A stretch of 32,000 nt of DNA. It comes from Nitrosopumilus sp. (GTDB lineage Archaea; Thermoproteota; Nitrososphaeria; Nitrososphaerales; Nitrosopumilaceae). Both the position numbers and the translations under genes were made by a program. The stretch is taken from contig OZ245040.1 in NCBI GenBank assembly GCA_965224195.1, positions 287,312 to 319,311 of the forward strand. The letters are read 5' to 3'. Under the pieces are notes generated by a model. That model did not search any database. It was not told the DNA's origin and worked only from the letters and a program-made list of their open reading frames with translations. Shown in pieces: positions 7,108-17,003 of the stretch; positions within the stretch are counted from its first letter, which is position 1, and each line of letters begins with the position of its first letter.

Positions 7108-7170
7108 AATTTAAAATAACAAAACAAATACTACCAGGAGAAGAAAGTTCGTTTGAACCTGTATGTTAAT

Positions 7171-7500
7171 TTATTTTTCTAAAGAATTATGAAAACAAAC
7201 TTTATCACCCAAGTGACAAGCAGGTCCTAAAGGTTCTACCAAGTAAATAATTGCATCAAAATCACAATCAACTAAAATTTCTTTAATTTTTTGAGTGTTG
7301 CCAGATTCTTCTCCTTTCATCCAAAGTTTATTTCTTGAACGACTCCAAAACCAAGAGTTCCCAGTTTTTTTGGCAAGTTCTAAAGATTCTTTATTTGTAT
7401 AAGCTAAAGTTAAAACATCTTTTGTATTTGCATCTTGAACAATTACAGGTACAAGACCACCACTTTTCTCAAAATCTATTTCATCAATAATTTTTTTCAT
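7171..7500 (-). CDS. hisI: Phosphoribosyl-AMP cyclohydrolase (monofunctional HisI)
   Basis: Motifs GLVPVIVQD, WSRSRNKLWMKGEESGN, DCDFDAI and GPACHLG. Confidence 0.9.
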   Translation of the reverse strand: MKKIIDEIDFEKSGGLVPVIVQDANTKDVLTLAYTNKESLELAKKTGNSWFWSRSRNKLWMKGEESGNTQKIKEILVDCDFDAIIYLVEPLGPACHLGDKVCFHNSLEK

Positions 7501-7524
7501 AATTACAAATACAAAAAATAGCTA

Positions 7525-8328
7525 TTATAATCTTACAGGAATATCCCTATCTTTCAAATATGATTTTACACCATTTACTCCATGAGTTTCATAATGAAAT
7601 ATTGAAGCAGCTAAAGCAGCATCTACATTTGATTCCTTGAAAACGTTAATCATATCATCAGGTTTTCCACAACCTCCAGAAGCAATAACAGGAATAGATA
7701 CTGAATTAACGACATTTTTAGTCAGTAAAATATCATATCCATCTTTAGTTCCATCTTTATCAATACTTGTAAGAAGAATCTCCCCTGCACCTAATTTTTC
7801 AGCATCTTTAACCCATTGAATAACATCTATTCCAGTACCTTCTTTCCCACCATAAATGAAAACTTCAAACCAAAATTGTTCATCATTTTCAGTAAAAATA
7901 TTTTTTGACTCATCAATTTTAAAATTTCTTTTTGCATCAACAGCTATCACAATACATTGGCGTCCAAATAATTCCATTAATTCTGTAATAACTTTAGGAT
8001 TTTTTATTGCTCCAGTGTTAATTCCTACTTTATCTGCGCCATTTAGTAAAATATTTCTAGCATCTTCTAATGATTTTACTCCACCACCAACAGTAAATGG
8101 GATGTCAATTACTGATGCAACTTTTCGTACCAGATCTTTGAGAGTTTTTCTCTGTTCGTCTGATGCAGTAATATCTAAAAAAACTAGTTCGTCTGCTCCT
8201 TCATTGCTATATTTTTCTGCTAGTTCTACAGGATCTCCAGCATCTTTAATTGATTCAAAGTTTAATCCTTTTACCACTCTTCCATTTTTTACATCTAAAC
8301 ATGGAATAATTCGTTTAGTTAATGTCAT
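7525..8328 (-). CDS. hisF: Imidazole glycerol phosphate synthase, cyclase subunit
   Basis: [23 protein letters not shown] and ASGG motifs; (beta/alpha)8 HisF pattern in his operon context. Confidence 0.92.
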   Translation of the reverse strand: MTLTKRIIPCLDVKNGRVVKGLNFESIKDAGDPVELAEKYSNEGADELVFLDITASDEQRKTLKDLVRKVASVIDIPFTVGGGVKSLEDARNILLNGADKVGINTGAIKNPKVITELMELFGRQCIVIAVDAKRNFKIDESKNIFTENDEQFWFEVFIYGGKEGTGIDVIQWVKDAEKLGAGEILLTSIDKDGTKDGYDILLTKNVVNSVSIPVIASGGCGKPDDMINVFKESNVDAALAASIFHYETHGVNGVKSYLKDRDIPVRL

Positions 8329-9032
8329 GATAATTTTTTTGCATCCTCAACGGATATTTTTCTCTCATATAGTGCTTTTCCAAGAATTACTCCAAAAGCA
8401 TTTTTTTCTTTTACATCTTTAATATCATCAAGATTAGAAATCCCTCCACTTGCAATGATATTTGTTTTAGGTAAATTACATGCCTGTTCTAAAAATTCCA
8501 AATCTGGACCTTCCATAGTTCCATCACGACTAACATTTGTTAATAAGAATTCAGTAAAACCCATTTCAAGAAATTCATTAATTGCAGAAATTAATTTAAT
8601 TCCAGTATCTTTTTGCCAACCATTAATTACAATTTCACCATCTTTATGATCAACTGAAATTACAATTTTTTCCGGACCTAGCTCGGTTAATAATAATTTT
8701 AGAAGGGATTTATCTTTGAATGCTAAAGTTCCCAGCACAATTCGTTCAGATAATTTTACAATTTCTAAAACTGATGATTCATCTCGTAATCCACCAGCAA
8801 CTTCAACAGGAATTGAAACGGATTCAAGGATTTTTTTAATTATATCCAAATTAGATCCAATTCCCAATGTTGCATCTAAATCAACTAAGTGAAGAATATC
8901 AGCACCTGCTGCTTCCCAACGTTGTGCAATTTCTATAGGATTATCACTATACACAGTTTTTTGGCTTGGATTTCCTTTGTACAATCGAACTACTTTACCA
9001 TCCATTAAATCAATAGCAGGAATTATTTTCAT
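8325..9032 (-). CDS. hisA: ProFAR isomerase
   Basis: [25 protein letters not shown] and ASGG; 4-nt overlaps with hisH and hisF. Confidence 0.9.
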   Translation of the reverse strand: MKIIPAIDLMDGKVVRLYKGNPSQKTVYSDNPIEIAQRWEAAGADILHLVDLDATLGIGSNLDIIKKILESVSIPVEVAGGLRDESSVLEIVKLSERIVLGTLAFKDKSLLKLLLTELGPEKIVISVDHKDGEIVINGWQKDTGIKLISAINEFLEMGFTEFLLTNVSRDGTMEGPDLEFLEQACNLPKTNIIASGGISNLDDIKDVKEKNAFGVILGKALYERKISVEDAKKLS

Positions 9033-9634
9033 TTTTTACACTCTTTGAGAAAATTCTCCAGCATTATTTTTCCTACAGTGCTAGATTTTTCAGGATGAAA
9101 TTGAGTACCATAGAAATTATCTTGTTCCACTACAGCAGGTACTTTTATCCCATAATCAGACTCGGCAGTAATTACATCATTTGATTCAGGTTTTACTCTA
9201 TACGAATGAACAAAATAAGCCCATGAACCATTTTCAACCCCTTCAAGAATTTTTCCAGGTTTTTTTATTTCAAGATTATTCCATCCCATGTGTGGCACTT
9301 TCATACTAGAAGGAAGTATAACCACTTCGCCATCAATAACATTCAAACCTTTCTCTTTTCCTTCTTCACTTTTTTCAAAAAACATTTCCATTCCAAGACA
9401 AATACCTAGAACAGGCACATTCCCAACATATTCTTTAAATTTGATTTTAGAAAAATCTCTAATACTATTCATAGCAGGATCAAAATTTCCTACACCAGGA
9501 AGTAACAAACCAGAATATGTATTTTTATTATCAAAAGTAGTTATTACATCTACTGTTGCTCCTACTTTTTCAAGGGAGTTTTTTAAACTGAAAATATTTC
9601 CAGCGCCATAATCAAAAATTGCAACACTTACCAT
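9029..9634 (-). CDS. hisH: Imidazole glycerol phosphate synthase, glutamine amidotransferase subunit
   Basis: Class I GATase motifs LPGVGNF, GICLGMEM (catalytic Cys) and FHPEKS. Confidence 0.92.
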   Translation of the reverse strand: MVSVAIFDYGAGNIFSLKNSLEKVGATVDVITTFDNKNTYSGLLLPGVGNFDPAMNSIRDFSKIKFKEYVGNVPVLGICLGMEMFFEKSEEGKEKGLNVIDGEVVILPSSMKVPHMGWNNLEIKKPGKILEGVENGSWAYFVHSYRVKPESNDVITAESDYGIKVPAVVEQDNFYGTQFHPEKSSTVGKIMLENFLKECKK

Positions 9635-10230
9635 TACATTGAACCTTTAGTACTTGGAATTCCTTTTTGTTTTTTATCTAGTGAAGATGCATTTCTTAAT
9701 GTAACTGCAAGTGATTTTATAGCAGCCTCAACTTTGTGGTGATCATTATCTCCATACTTTACAGTAAGGTGAATACAACTATTGAGATTTTGTAATAAAG
9801 ATTGGAAGAAATGTTCAAGATCTTCTTTGGATATATCTTCAATCTTATTACGTTTAATAGATAATGTCAATTTCCAAAATGGACGTTTTACTAAATCAAT
9901 TGAAGCCTCAGCAAGAGATTCATCCATCGGAACAGAAGCATAGCTAAATCTAGTAATTCCACTTCTAGAACTTAGTGCCTTGTCAATTGTTTGTCCTATT
10001 GTAATTGCAGTGTCTTCAATCAAATGATGTTCTATACCATCATTTGACTTTGCATCAACTTTAAGATCCATCATACCATGTTTTCCAAATGAAACAATCA
10101 AGTGATCAAGAAAATTTATTCCAGTTTTAATTACAGTTTTTCCTGAACCATCAAGATTTACAGATACAAAAACACTCGTTTCTTTTGTATTTCGTTTAAT
10201 TGATGCCTTTCTTGGTGTCATTTTTCTCAC
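9634..10230 (-). CDS. hisB: Imidazoleglycerol-phosphate dehydratase (monofunctional, no phosphatase domain)
   Basis: [19 protein letters not shown] and [10 protein letters not shown] motifs. At 198 aa it is the dehydratase-only form. Confidence 0.9.
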   Translation of the reverse strand: MRKMTPRKASIKRNTKETSVFVSVNLDGSGKTVIKTGINFLDHLIVSFGKHGMMDLKVDAKSNDGIEHHLIEDTAITIGQTIDKALSSRSGITRFSYASVPMDESLAEASIDLVKRPFWKLTLSIKRNKIEDISKEDLEHFFQSLLQNLNSCIHLTVKYGDNDHHKVEAAIKSLAVTLRNASSLDKKQKGIPSTKGSM

Positions 10231-10246
10231 AGATTATGTAATTGCA

Positions 10247-11221
10247 TCATTCTAAATTTAATACCTTTGGTAACAAATGGATTGAATCCAATACCAAAAT
10301 AGCATCATTTTTCTCAAATAGATCTAATTTCTCTTGTGGGTTTTTACTAGTACCTATAATTCCACAAAATGTTGTTTTTTGTCCTAAATCACTAGATCTT
10401 TTAGCCATAACGAAATCCTCCATGGAATCTCCAACATAAAGAGTTGAAGTGCAATTCATACCATGAATTGAATTGAGAAGTGATTGAGGATTAGGTTTTG
10501 CAAGCTCACGTGGTTCATCCTCAAGAAATACAGAACTATCTAAATTGAATTTTAACAATAATGATTTTAAAGAATATCTTACGGATTCTTTTCCTCTTCC
10601 TGTAACCATAGCAATTTTTGAATTAAATTTCTTTTGTAATTTTTTAAATAAAATATCATTTAAAATTACATCATCTTGTTCAATCAAACCTATATCAGAA
10701 AAGTTTGAAGTTTTGTTAAATAATTTTTGGTACAATTCAGGTCCATAAAAAATTTGATCAAATATCTGATATACAATATTATCATGATGAGTTCCAGGAT
10801 ATGATAATTGTTTTTTAATTTCAGAAATATCAGTTTGATTTTCAACATATTTTTCTACAGATACAATACCAGTAAAATCAGAGTTTTTAATAACATCAAA
10901 GATAAAATTGGTTGGATCTTTTTCTAATTTTTTAGCAGCAACAAGAGAAATTATGGCAGCATATGTCAAATCCACTTCATCATTAAATCCTCCAGTAGAT
11001 TTGAATCCATCAATAATTTTAAAATCAATATCAATAGATGAATTAATTTTTGCTAGATGTTCTAATACATATCTAGTAGTTTTGATAATTGTTAGATCAT
11101 ATGATTTTGTAATATTAATTAACACACCATCACAATCAAAAATTATTGAATCCAATTCATTTAAAATTTGAATTTTAGAATCATTAGTGTAGATCCCTTC
11201 AAATTTTTTTATTAATGTCAT
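10247..11221 (-). CDS. HAD-superfamily phosphatase with a large (~170-aa) cap insertion; candidate histidinol-phosphate phosphatase
   Basis: HAD motif I is IIFDCDGVL, motif II is MVTGRG and motif IV is VGDSMEDF. There is a 4-nt overlap with hisC upstream and a 16-nt gap to hisB downstream. Confidence 0.7.
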   Translation of the reverse strand: MTLIKKFEGIYTNDSKIQILNELDSIIFDCDGVLINITKSYDLTIIKTTRYVLEHLAKINSSIDIDFKIIDGFKSTGGFNDEVDLTYAAIISLVAAKKLEKDPTNFIFDVIKNSDFTGIVSVEKYVENQTDISEIKKQLSYPGTHHDNIVYQIFDQIFYGPELYQKLFNKTSNFSDIGLIEQDDVILNDILFKKLQKKFNSKIAMVTGRGKESVRYSLKSLLLKFNLDSSVFLEDEPRELAKPNPQSLLNSIHGMNCTSTLYVGDSMEDFVMAKRSSDLGQKTTFCGIIGTSKNPQEKLDLFEKNDAILVLDSIHLLPKVLNLE

Positions 11222-12288
11222 CCTAGTAAATCACGAATAGCCAATAAGAATTTTGAATTCATTTCTTTTGTTCCAATAGTTACTCTAAGACATCCATCAT
11301 GATTTCCTATTTTTCCTAATTTACGAATTGAGATTCCCTGCTCAGCTAATGCAGAATAGACACGTTTGTATGCACTATGGGCGTCAAATAGCACAAAATT
11401 AGCCTTGGAATCAAATACTTCAAAAGCGTCAAAAGTTTGTAAAGTTTCAATAATTCGTTTTCTTTCAATTTTGATACTATCAATAGTATCTTTCATGAGT
11501 TTTGATTTTTCCAAAGCCTGAATTCCTGATTCTATTGTAATTGTGCTAATAGGATAGGGATATTGTAAAACATTCATAAAAGTTTCAGTGAATTTTTTAC
11601 TTGCAATAAAATAACCCAGTCTCAATCCCGCTAATCCAAATGATTTGGAAAGAGTTTGAACTATAATTAAATTATTTTGAGTCTTAACCATACTTGAAAG
11701 AGAATATTCGCTAAAATCACCATATGCCTCATCAATTATTACAAGACCAGTAAAAGATTTAACAAGTTTTTGTAATTCATTTTTTGTAAATTGAAATCCA
11801 GTTGGATTATTTGGGGAATCTAAATAAAGAATATCTGCATTTTTTGTTTGTTTTAAAAAATCTTTAACATCTAATTTCATATTATTAGAAAACGGAATTG
11901 CAATTAATGGTATATCATATAATTTACAACGCTCCTCAAAAAATCCAAATGTAGGGTTTGATGTAAGAACTTTAGTTTGTTTTGAGACAAAATTTGAAAG
12001 TATTAAATCTAAAATTTGATCAGATCCATTACCCACCCCAATCATCGATGATGGTATTTTAACAAATTTTGATATCATATCAATTAATCTTTCAACTCCA
12101 CCTAATGGGTATTCTCTAATATCAGAATTTTTTTTAGCAAAAGAAATTATATCACTTTGAAATTGTTTTGGAATTACATAATTTTCATTAGAATCAAGTT
12201 TCACTGAATCTTCAACAAGTTCTGGTTTTTTATAACCACCTAGCAAACTAAATTTTGTAATTTTTTCTTCTAACCAATTTTTTTTCAA
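11218..12288 (-). CDS. hisC: Histidinol-phosphate aminotransferase
   Basis: NENYV, PNNPTG, IIDEAY and TLSKSFGLAGLRLGY (PLP lysine) motifs. Confidence 0.9.
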   Translation of the reverse strand: MKKNWLEEKITKFSLLGGYKKPELVEDSVKLDSNENYVIPKQFQSDIISFAKKNSDIREYPLGGVERLIDMISKFVKIPSSMIGVGNGSDQILDLILSNFVSKQTKVLTSNPTFGFFEERCKLYDIPLIAIPFSNNMKLDVKDFLKQTKNADILYLDSPNNPTGFQFTKNELQKLVKSFTGLVIIDEAYGDFSEYSLSSMVKTQNNLIIVQTLSKSFGLAGLRLGYFIASKKFTETFMNVLQYPYPISTITIESGIQALEKSKLMKDTIDSIKIERKRIIETLQTFDAFEVFDSKANFVLFDAHSAYKRVYSALAEQGISIRKLGKIGNHDGCLRVTIGTKEMNSKFLLAIRDLLG

Positions 12289-13559
12289 TTTAATCTACCT
12301 CTTACTGCTTCAAAGTGATTTGTAAGACCTTCAGCATTAGTCAAGACTTCAAGATGTTTTGAAATTTTTGATAACGATTTTTTAGATGATGTAATCTGTG
12401 TGTTTACTTTGATAAAATCTAAAACAGAAAGAGACCCTCTGATTTTTCCAAATCCATTTGTAGGTAGAATATGATTTGAGCCTAAAATGTAGTCACTTAC
12501 CGATGATGGAGTATCATTTCCAATCAAAACAAGCCCAGATGAAGTTATTTTTGATGCCATAGATTCTGAATTTTTGGTCATAATTTGTAAGTGTTCAGGA
12601 GCTAGAATATTTGCAAGTTTAATCATATCTGAATTAGTTTTACATATTCCAATAAATCCATTATTTTTTAAACTAGATTGGACTATCTTTCTTCTTTTGA
12701 TTTTTGGGATTAGTTCTGAAATAATTTTATTTACAGACTTTGCAATCTTCTCTGATGTAGTAATCAAATAACAAAATGTGTCATTACTGTGTTCAGATTG
12801 AGAAATCAAATCTAAAGCCACAAATTTTGGGTTTGTCGAATTATCTGCCATTATTCCTAATTCAGTAGGACCTGCAAGCATGTCAATTCCTGTCTGATCA
12901 CTTATCATAAATTTTGCAGTTGTAACAAATGAACCTCCTGGACCTACAATTTTATCCACTTTAGTGATAGATTTTGTTCCATAAGATAATGCTGCAATAG
13001 ATTGTACACCTCCTGTTTTGTAAATTTCATTTGCACCACAAATATCAGCGCTAACAATGGTTAATGGATCAATTTTTCCATCAGAATTAGGTGGAGATAC
13101 AACTACTATTCTTTTAACTCCTGCAATTTTAGCTGGAACTACAGACATAATTACAGAGCTTGGGTATTTTGCCAATCCACCAGGAATATAACATCCTACA
13201 CTTTGAATAGGAATAAATCTTTTAGAAATTTTTATTCCATCCTGGTTAATTATTTTATCTGTAAGTAATGATTTAACGATAGATTCTGTTTTTCCAAGTC
13301 TAGCTTTTGCCAATTTTAATGCGTCACGTTCTGTTTTAGATATTTTAGAATATGCATTTTTTATCTCACTTGGAGTTAAACGTAATGATGATATGTTTGC
13401 TTTGCTAAATTTTTTTTCATATTTGCGAATTGCAATATCCCCGTTTTTTCTAACATCTTTTAGAATTGATTCAACTATAGTTTTGTTATTTTGAGGCTGT
13501 TTTGGAAGTATTTTAGCTGCAAACTGTTCAACATTAGATACTTTGATTATTCTCATCAA
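12285..13559 (-). CDS. hisD: Histidinol dehydrogenase
   Basis: GCYIPGG, GGVQSIAA, GPGGSFVT, QSEH and APEHL motifs. Confidence 0.92.
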   Translation of the reverse strand: MMRIIKVSNVEQFAAKILPKQPQNNKTIVESILKDVRKNGDIAIRKYEKKFSKANISSLRLTPSEIKNAYSKISKTERDALKLAKARLGKTESIVKSLLTDKIINQDGIKISKRFIPIQSVGCYIPGGLAKYPSSVIMSVVPAKIAGVKRIVVVSPPNSDGKIDPLTIVSADICGANEIYKTGGVQSIAALSYGTKSITKVDKIVGPGGSFVTTAKFMISDQTGIDMLAGPTELGIMADNSTNPKFVALDLISQSEHSNDTFCYLITTSEKIAKSVNKIISELIPKIKRRKIVQSSLKNNGFIGICKTNSDMIKLANILAPEHLQIMTKNSESMASKITSSGLVLIGNDTPSSVSDYILGSNHILPTNGFGKIRGSLSVLDFIKVNTQITSSKKSLSKISKHLEVLTNAEGLTNHFEAVRGRLN

Positions 13560-14548
13560 TTTTCTTCGTCACGTTTTATCTCCTCGAGTTCAAGTATTTG
13601 TCTAGGTTCATGAACTACGAGTCCTTGAGCAATTTTTCGTAATTTAGGGATTAGTTTGTGAAATTCTTCTTTTTGAATTACGGTATTTACACCAAACCAT
13701 CCTTCTTCACTTAGTGGACTGATTGTAGGTTTTTTGAGAGATGGCATCTGTGTCAAAAGCTTTTTCAGATTTTTTTCTTCAACATTTAGATAAATGTGTA
13801 AGAATTTCTTGCCTTGAACTGCACCTCTCATCAAAGTTACTATATCAAATATTTTTTCGCGTTTTTTAGAATCTTTTAATGATTTTTTATTTACAATCAA
13901 ATGTGCAGTTGAAGTAAGAACTTCATCTACAATTTTGAGTTTATTTTGTTTTAGAGTAGTTCCAGTTTCTGTAACATCCATTATTGCATTTACATCCTCA
14001 GGTGGCTTTGCTTCGGTAGCACCAAAGGATAAATGAATTTGAACACTTTTGTTATTTCCAAGTCTTACCCAAGGAGTAACAATTAAAGGATCTTTTGAAC
14101 CATAATATTTTTTGTAAGATTTTGATTGTTTTAGAAATTTTGATGCGGTTGTAAGATATTCTGATGAAATTCTAAGTGTTTTCTTCTTTTTACCATAATC
14201 TGCAATCATTTCATCAAGATTTTTGTATTTGTATTTATCAGGAAATGCAATTACTAATCTAATTTTTCCATATTCTAAATCTAAAATTTGTTCAACATCA
14301 GAATTTGTTTCCCCTACCCAATCCTTTCCAGTAATGCCTACATCATACAATCCTTCTGCAACCAATGTTGGAATTTCTTGAGGACGAAGCATTTTGACTA
14401 CTATACTTGGATCATCTAGATAGACTCGATATGTTCTACTTTTTCGATTTACTTTAGTAAACGATCTTTCTAACAATTTGAAAGTGGCTTCTTCTAAACT
14501 TCCTTTTGGGATTGCAAATTTTACTTCAGACATTTTTAATTTTTTCAC
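13556..14548 (-). CDS. hisG: ATP phosphoribosyltransferase (long form); true start probably the ATG at 14533
   Basis: FAIPKGSL, DVGITGKD and TGTTLKQN motifs. The listed start is a GTG, and the ATG five codons downstream sits 30 nt after a TATA-like box. Confidence 0.88.
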   Translation of the reverse strand: MKKLKMSEVKFAIPKGSLEEATFKLLERSFTKVNRKSRTYRVYLDDPSIVVKMLRPQEIPTLVAEGLYDVGITGKDWVGETNSDVEQILDLEYGKIRLVIAFPDKYKYKNLDEMIADYGKKKKTLRISSEYLTTASKFLKQSKSYKKYYGSKDPLIVTPWVRLGNNKSVQIHLSFGATEAKPPEDVNAIMDVTETGTTLKQNKLKIVDEVLTSTAHLIVNKKSLKDSKKREKIFDIVTLMRGAVQGKKFLHIYLNVEEKNLKKLLTQMPSLKKPTISPLSEEGWFGVNTVIQKEEFHKLIPKLRKIAQGLVVHEPRQILELEEIKRDEEN

Positions 14549-14556
14549 TTTTTAGG

Positions 14557-14563
14557 TATATAA
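14557..14563 (-). promoter_or_regulatory. TATA-like box (TTATATA) for the his operon
   Basis: It lies in the 23-nt gap between the hmgA stop and hisG, 30 nt upstream of the ATG at 14533. Confidence 0.4.
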
Positions 14564-14571
14564 TCTCATGT

Positions 14572-15828
14572 TTAAATTTGCTCAAGTAATTCTTTAGCTC
14601 TATCAAGTGAAATTTTCTTTTCTTCAATCATTTTTTTAACGATTTTATCGATTTGATCAGGTGTAGCACCTGCTACTGCAGCTAAATTCCTAGCATGAAG
14701 ACGCATGTGCCCTTTTTGAATCCCTTCAGTTGAAAGAGCTTGAATTGCACTATAGTTTTGAGCCAATCCTGTAGCAGTCATCACACATGCAAGTTCTTGT
14801 GTAGATGTTGCTCCTAGAATTTTTGCACAAACTTTGGCTACTGGATGAACATTTACAATTCCACCCATAATTCCTACAGAAAGTGGTATTTCCAGAATTC
14901 CAATTAAATTTCCCTCATTATCCTTACTCCATTTACTCAAAGAACGATACTTTCCAGTTTGCGCAGCATATGCATTTGCTGCAGCCTCTATTGCTCTACT
15001 ATCCTGACCTACTGCATTTGCAACAGCTATTGTTCCATTCATAATACCTTTGTTATGAGTAACAGCCCTATACACATCATTATCAGCAAACTCAAATGCA
15101 GAAATAATATTATCAACAACTTGTTCTCCACCTACAGCTTCTTTTTCAAATACTGCTTTTGCTTTTACCATTCTTCTAGTAGAATAATTAGATAATATTC
15201 TTAGTAATGCCCTACCGCTAGTAATTTTTTCAATTAAAGGGGAGATAGCTTCACACATAGTATTTGTAACATTTGCACCCATGGCATCACCTACGTCAAT
15301 AAGTAATTCGACAATTAACATTTTTCCTGAAGGTGTATCAATTTCTTTACATGAAATTTCTTTTGCACCTTTATCCATCTTAGACAAAGTATTACTTTTT
15401 GAATTTGCAAGTTGGAGTATTTCATTCGTAGAATTTTTTATTTCAGATATAGCTAATGGAATGTCAACATCTAACATCTGAATTTGACCAATACTAAAAG
15501 ATTCATCAGCAAAAACTTCAAACCCACCTTTAATTCGTGCAACTTTAGCTCCCTTTGATGCAGCAGCTATTACTGATGGTTCCTCAATAACCATAGGGAC
15601 CACGTAATCTTTACCGTTTATCTTAAAATTTGTAGCAATTCCCAAGGGAAGAGAAAAAGTTCCAATTGCATTTTCAACCATTTTATCGGCCTTATCAAAA
15701 GAAATTCCTCCATCGTCACTTTGTAGAATTTTTAATTCTTCATTTGAGAGATTTGCAAAATTGGCTACAATATCTAATCTTTCTTGTCTAGATTTTTCAA
15801 AAAATTTAGAAATTGATGAATCAGGCAT
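14572..15828 (-). CDS. hmgA: HMG-CoA reductase, class II (Pseudomonas mevalonii-type)
   Basis: From memory it aligns along its full length with class II HMGR. Matching motifs are ENAIGTFSLPLGIATNF.INGKDYVVPMVIEEPSVIAAAS, DAMGAN, THNKGIMNG and EGIQKGHMRLHARNLA. Confidence 0.85.
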   Translation of the reverse strand: MPDSSISKFFEKSRQERLDIVANFANLSNEELKILQSDDGGISFDKADKMVENAIGTFSLPLGIATNFKINGKDYVVPMVIEEPSVIAAASKGAKVARIKGGFEVFADESFSIGQIQMLDVDIPLAISEIKNSTNEILQLANSKSNTLSKMDKGAKEISCKEIDTPSGKMLIVELLIDVGDAMGANVTNTMCEAISPLIEKITSGRALLRILSNYSTRRMVKAKAVFEKEAVGGEQVVDNIISAFEFADNDVYRAVTHNKGIMNGTIAVANAVGQDSRAIEAAANAYAAQTGKYRSLSKWSKDNEGNLIGILEIPLSVGIMGGIVNVHPVAKVCAKILGATSTQELACVMTATGLAQNYSAIQALSTEGIQKGHMRLHARNLAAVAGATPDQIDKIVKKMIEEKKISLDRAKELLEQI

Positions 15829-15829
15829 T

Positions 15830-16921
15830 TTATTTCAATATCCTCAATAGTTTATCATCCATACTATCTGGAAAACCTTTTCCATCCGTATTTGAAGTGA
15901 TTACATAGAGACTGCCATCAGTACCCTGTACTACATCACGTACACGTCCTATACCACTAAGAATTGACTTTTGAGAACTCAATCCTTCTTCAAAATCTAA
16001 TTGATATAGATTTGCTGCCCTCATGGATGCCATAATAAATGAGGATTCAAAGTCTAAAGAATCCCCAGAATAAAATAAAATACCCCCAGGTTCTACACTT
16101 GGATCAAAACAAAGAATGGCATCTTCAAAATCTTTATCACCTGAGCATTGTTCCTCAGGCCATCCATAGTTTTTTCCTGCTTGAATTAGATTAATTTCAT
16201 CATTTTTTTCTGGTCCAAATTCTGCAACATACAAATTTTCATCGTCATCCCAAGTCATTCCTTGAGGATTTCTATGTCCTAATGAATATACTAGTGAATT
16301 AGAAAATGGATTATCATTCGGAATTGTACCATCATCATTTAATCTTAAAATTTTTCCAGATAGAGAGTTAAGATCTTGTGGCAAATGAGAAGCATCAGAA
16401 ACAGTACCTGTACCCACATACAATTTTTCATCTGGTCCGAATTTCATAAAACCTCCATTTGTAAAAGAAGATCCAGGAATTTTATCTAAAATAGTTTCTG
16501 CATTTTGTAATTTATTCTCTGATTCAGTAATTCTTAAAATCTTATTCCATAAATTATCATCTTCTTCATAAGTCAAAAAAACATACATGTAATGATTAGT
16601 TGAAAAATTTGGATGTAATGCAATTCCCAACAATCCACCATCAAACACATCAGCTCCACGTAATGTAGCTAATGGAGATTCTAACAAAGTATTATTTTGA
16701 ATTACTTTAATCATTCCATCTTTTTCAGTAACAAAAATCCTATCATTAGAAACAGCAATAGCTCTAGGCTTATCGAGATTTTCAGCTAAAATAGTTACAA
16801 AATCACTTTGAGAATTGGAATTTGGAATTGGTAATGGAATTGGATCTGTTGGAGATGTTAAAACTAATACTGAAAATACAATAGCAACAACAATTGCAGC
16901 AACTTGAATTTTTTTATCCAT
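15830..16921 (-). CDS. Soluble quinoprotein glucose/sorbosone dehydrogenase-like beta-propeller (PQQ-dependent aldose dehydrogenase family), N-terminally anchored
   Basis: N-terminal TM/signal helix. Motifs are GLLGIALHPNF, GHRNPQGMTWD and NYGWPE. There is a 1-nt gap to hmgA. Confidence 0.75.
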   Translation of the reverse strand: MDKKIQVAAIVVAIVFSVLVLTSPTDPIPLPIPNSNSQSDFVTILAENLDKPRAIAVSNDRIFVTEKDGMIKVIQNNTLLESPLATLRGADVFDGGLLGIALHPNFSTNHYMYVFLTYEEDDNLWNKILRITESENKLQNAETILDKIPGSSFTNGGFMKFGPDEKLYVGTGTVSDASHLPQDLNSLSGKILRLNDDGTIPNDNPFSNSLVYSLGHRNPQGMTWDDDENLYVAEFGPEKNDEINLIQAGKNYGWPEEQCSGDKDFEDAILCFDPSVEPGGILFYSGDSLDFESSFIMASMRAANLYQLDFEEGLSSQKSILSGIGRVRDVVQGTDGSLYVITSNTDGKGFPDSMDDKLLRILK

Positions 16922-16975
16922 GAAAATATGAGTTCTTCAAATCCTATTAATTACTTTCAAGAATTTGATAAAGCG

Positions 16976-16981
16976 TATATA
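16976..16981 (+). promoter_or_regulatory. TATA box (TATATA) for tRNA-iMet
   Basis: It starts 28 nt upstream of tRNA position 1 and is preceded by a purine-rich BRE-like AAAGCG. Confidence 0.5.
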
Positions 16982-17003
16982 CGGCTCAACTTCATTTATG
17001 TTC

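Noticed and set aside
7856-8422. 188-aa plus-strand ORF, plus similar ORFs at 5433-5729, 9288-9611, 10908-11171, 14959-15195, 29065-29313 and 29395-29853
   Set aside because: All lie antisense to strongly supported housekeeping genes (hisF, thrC-like, hisH, HAD, hmgA, guaA). Their Ser/Phe/Ile-rich, low-complexity translations are typical of shadow ORFs.
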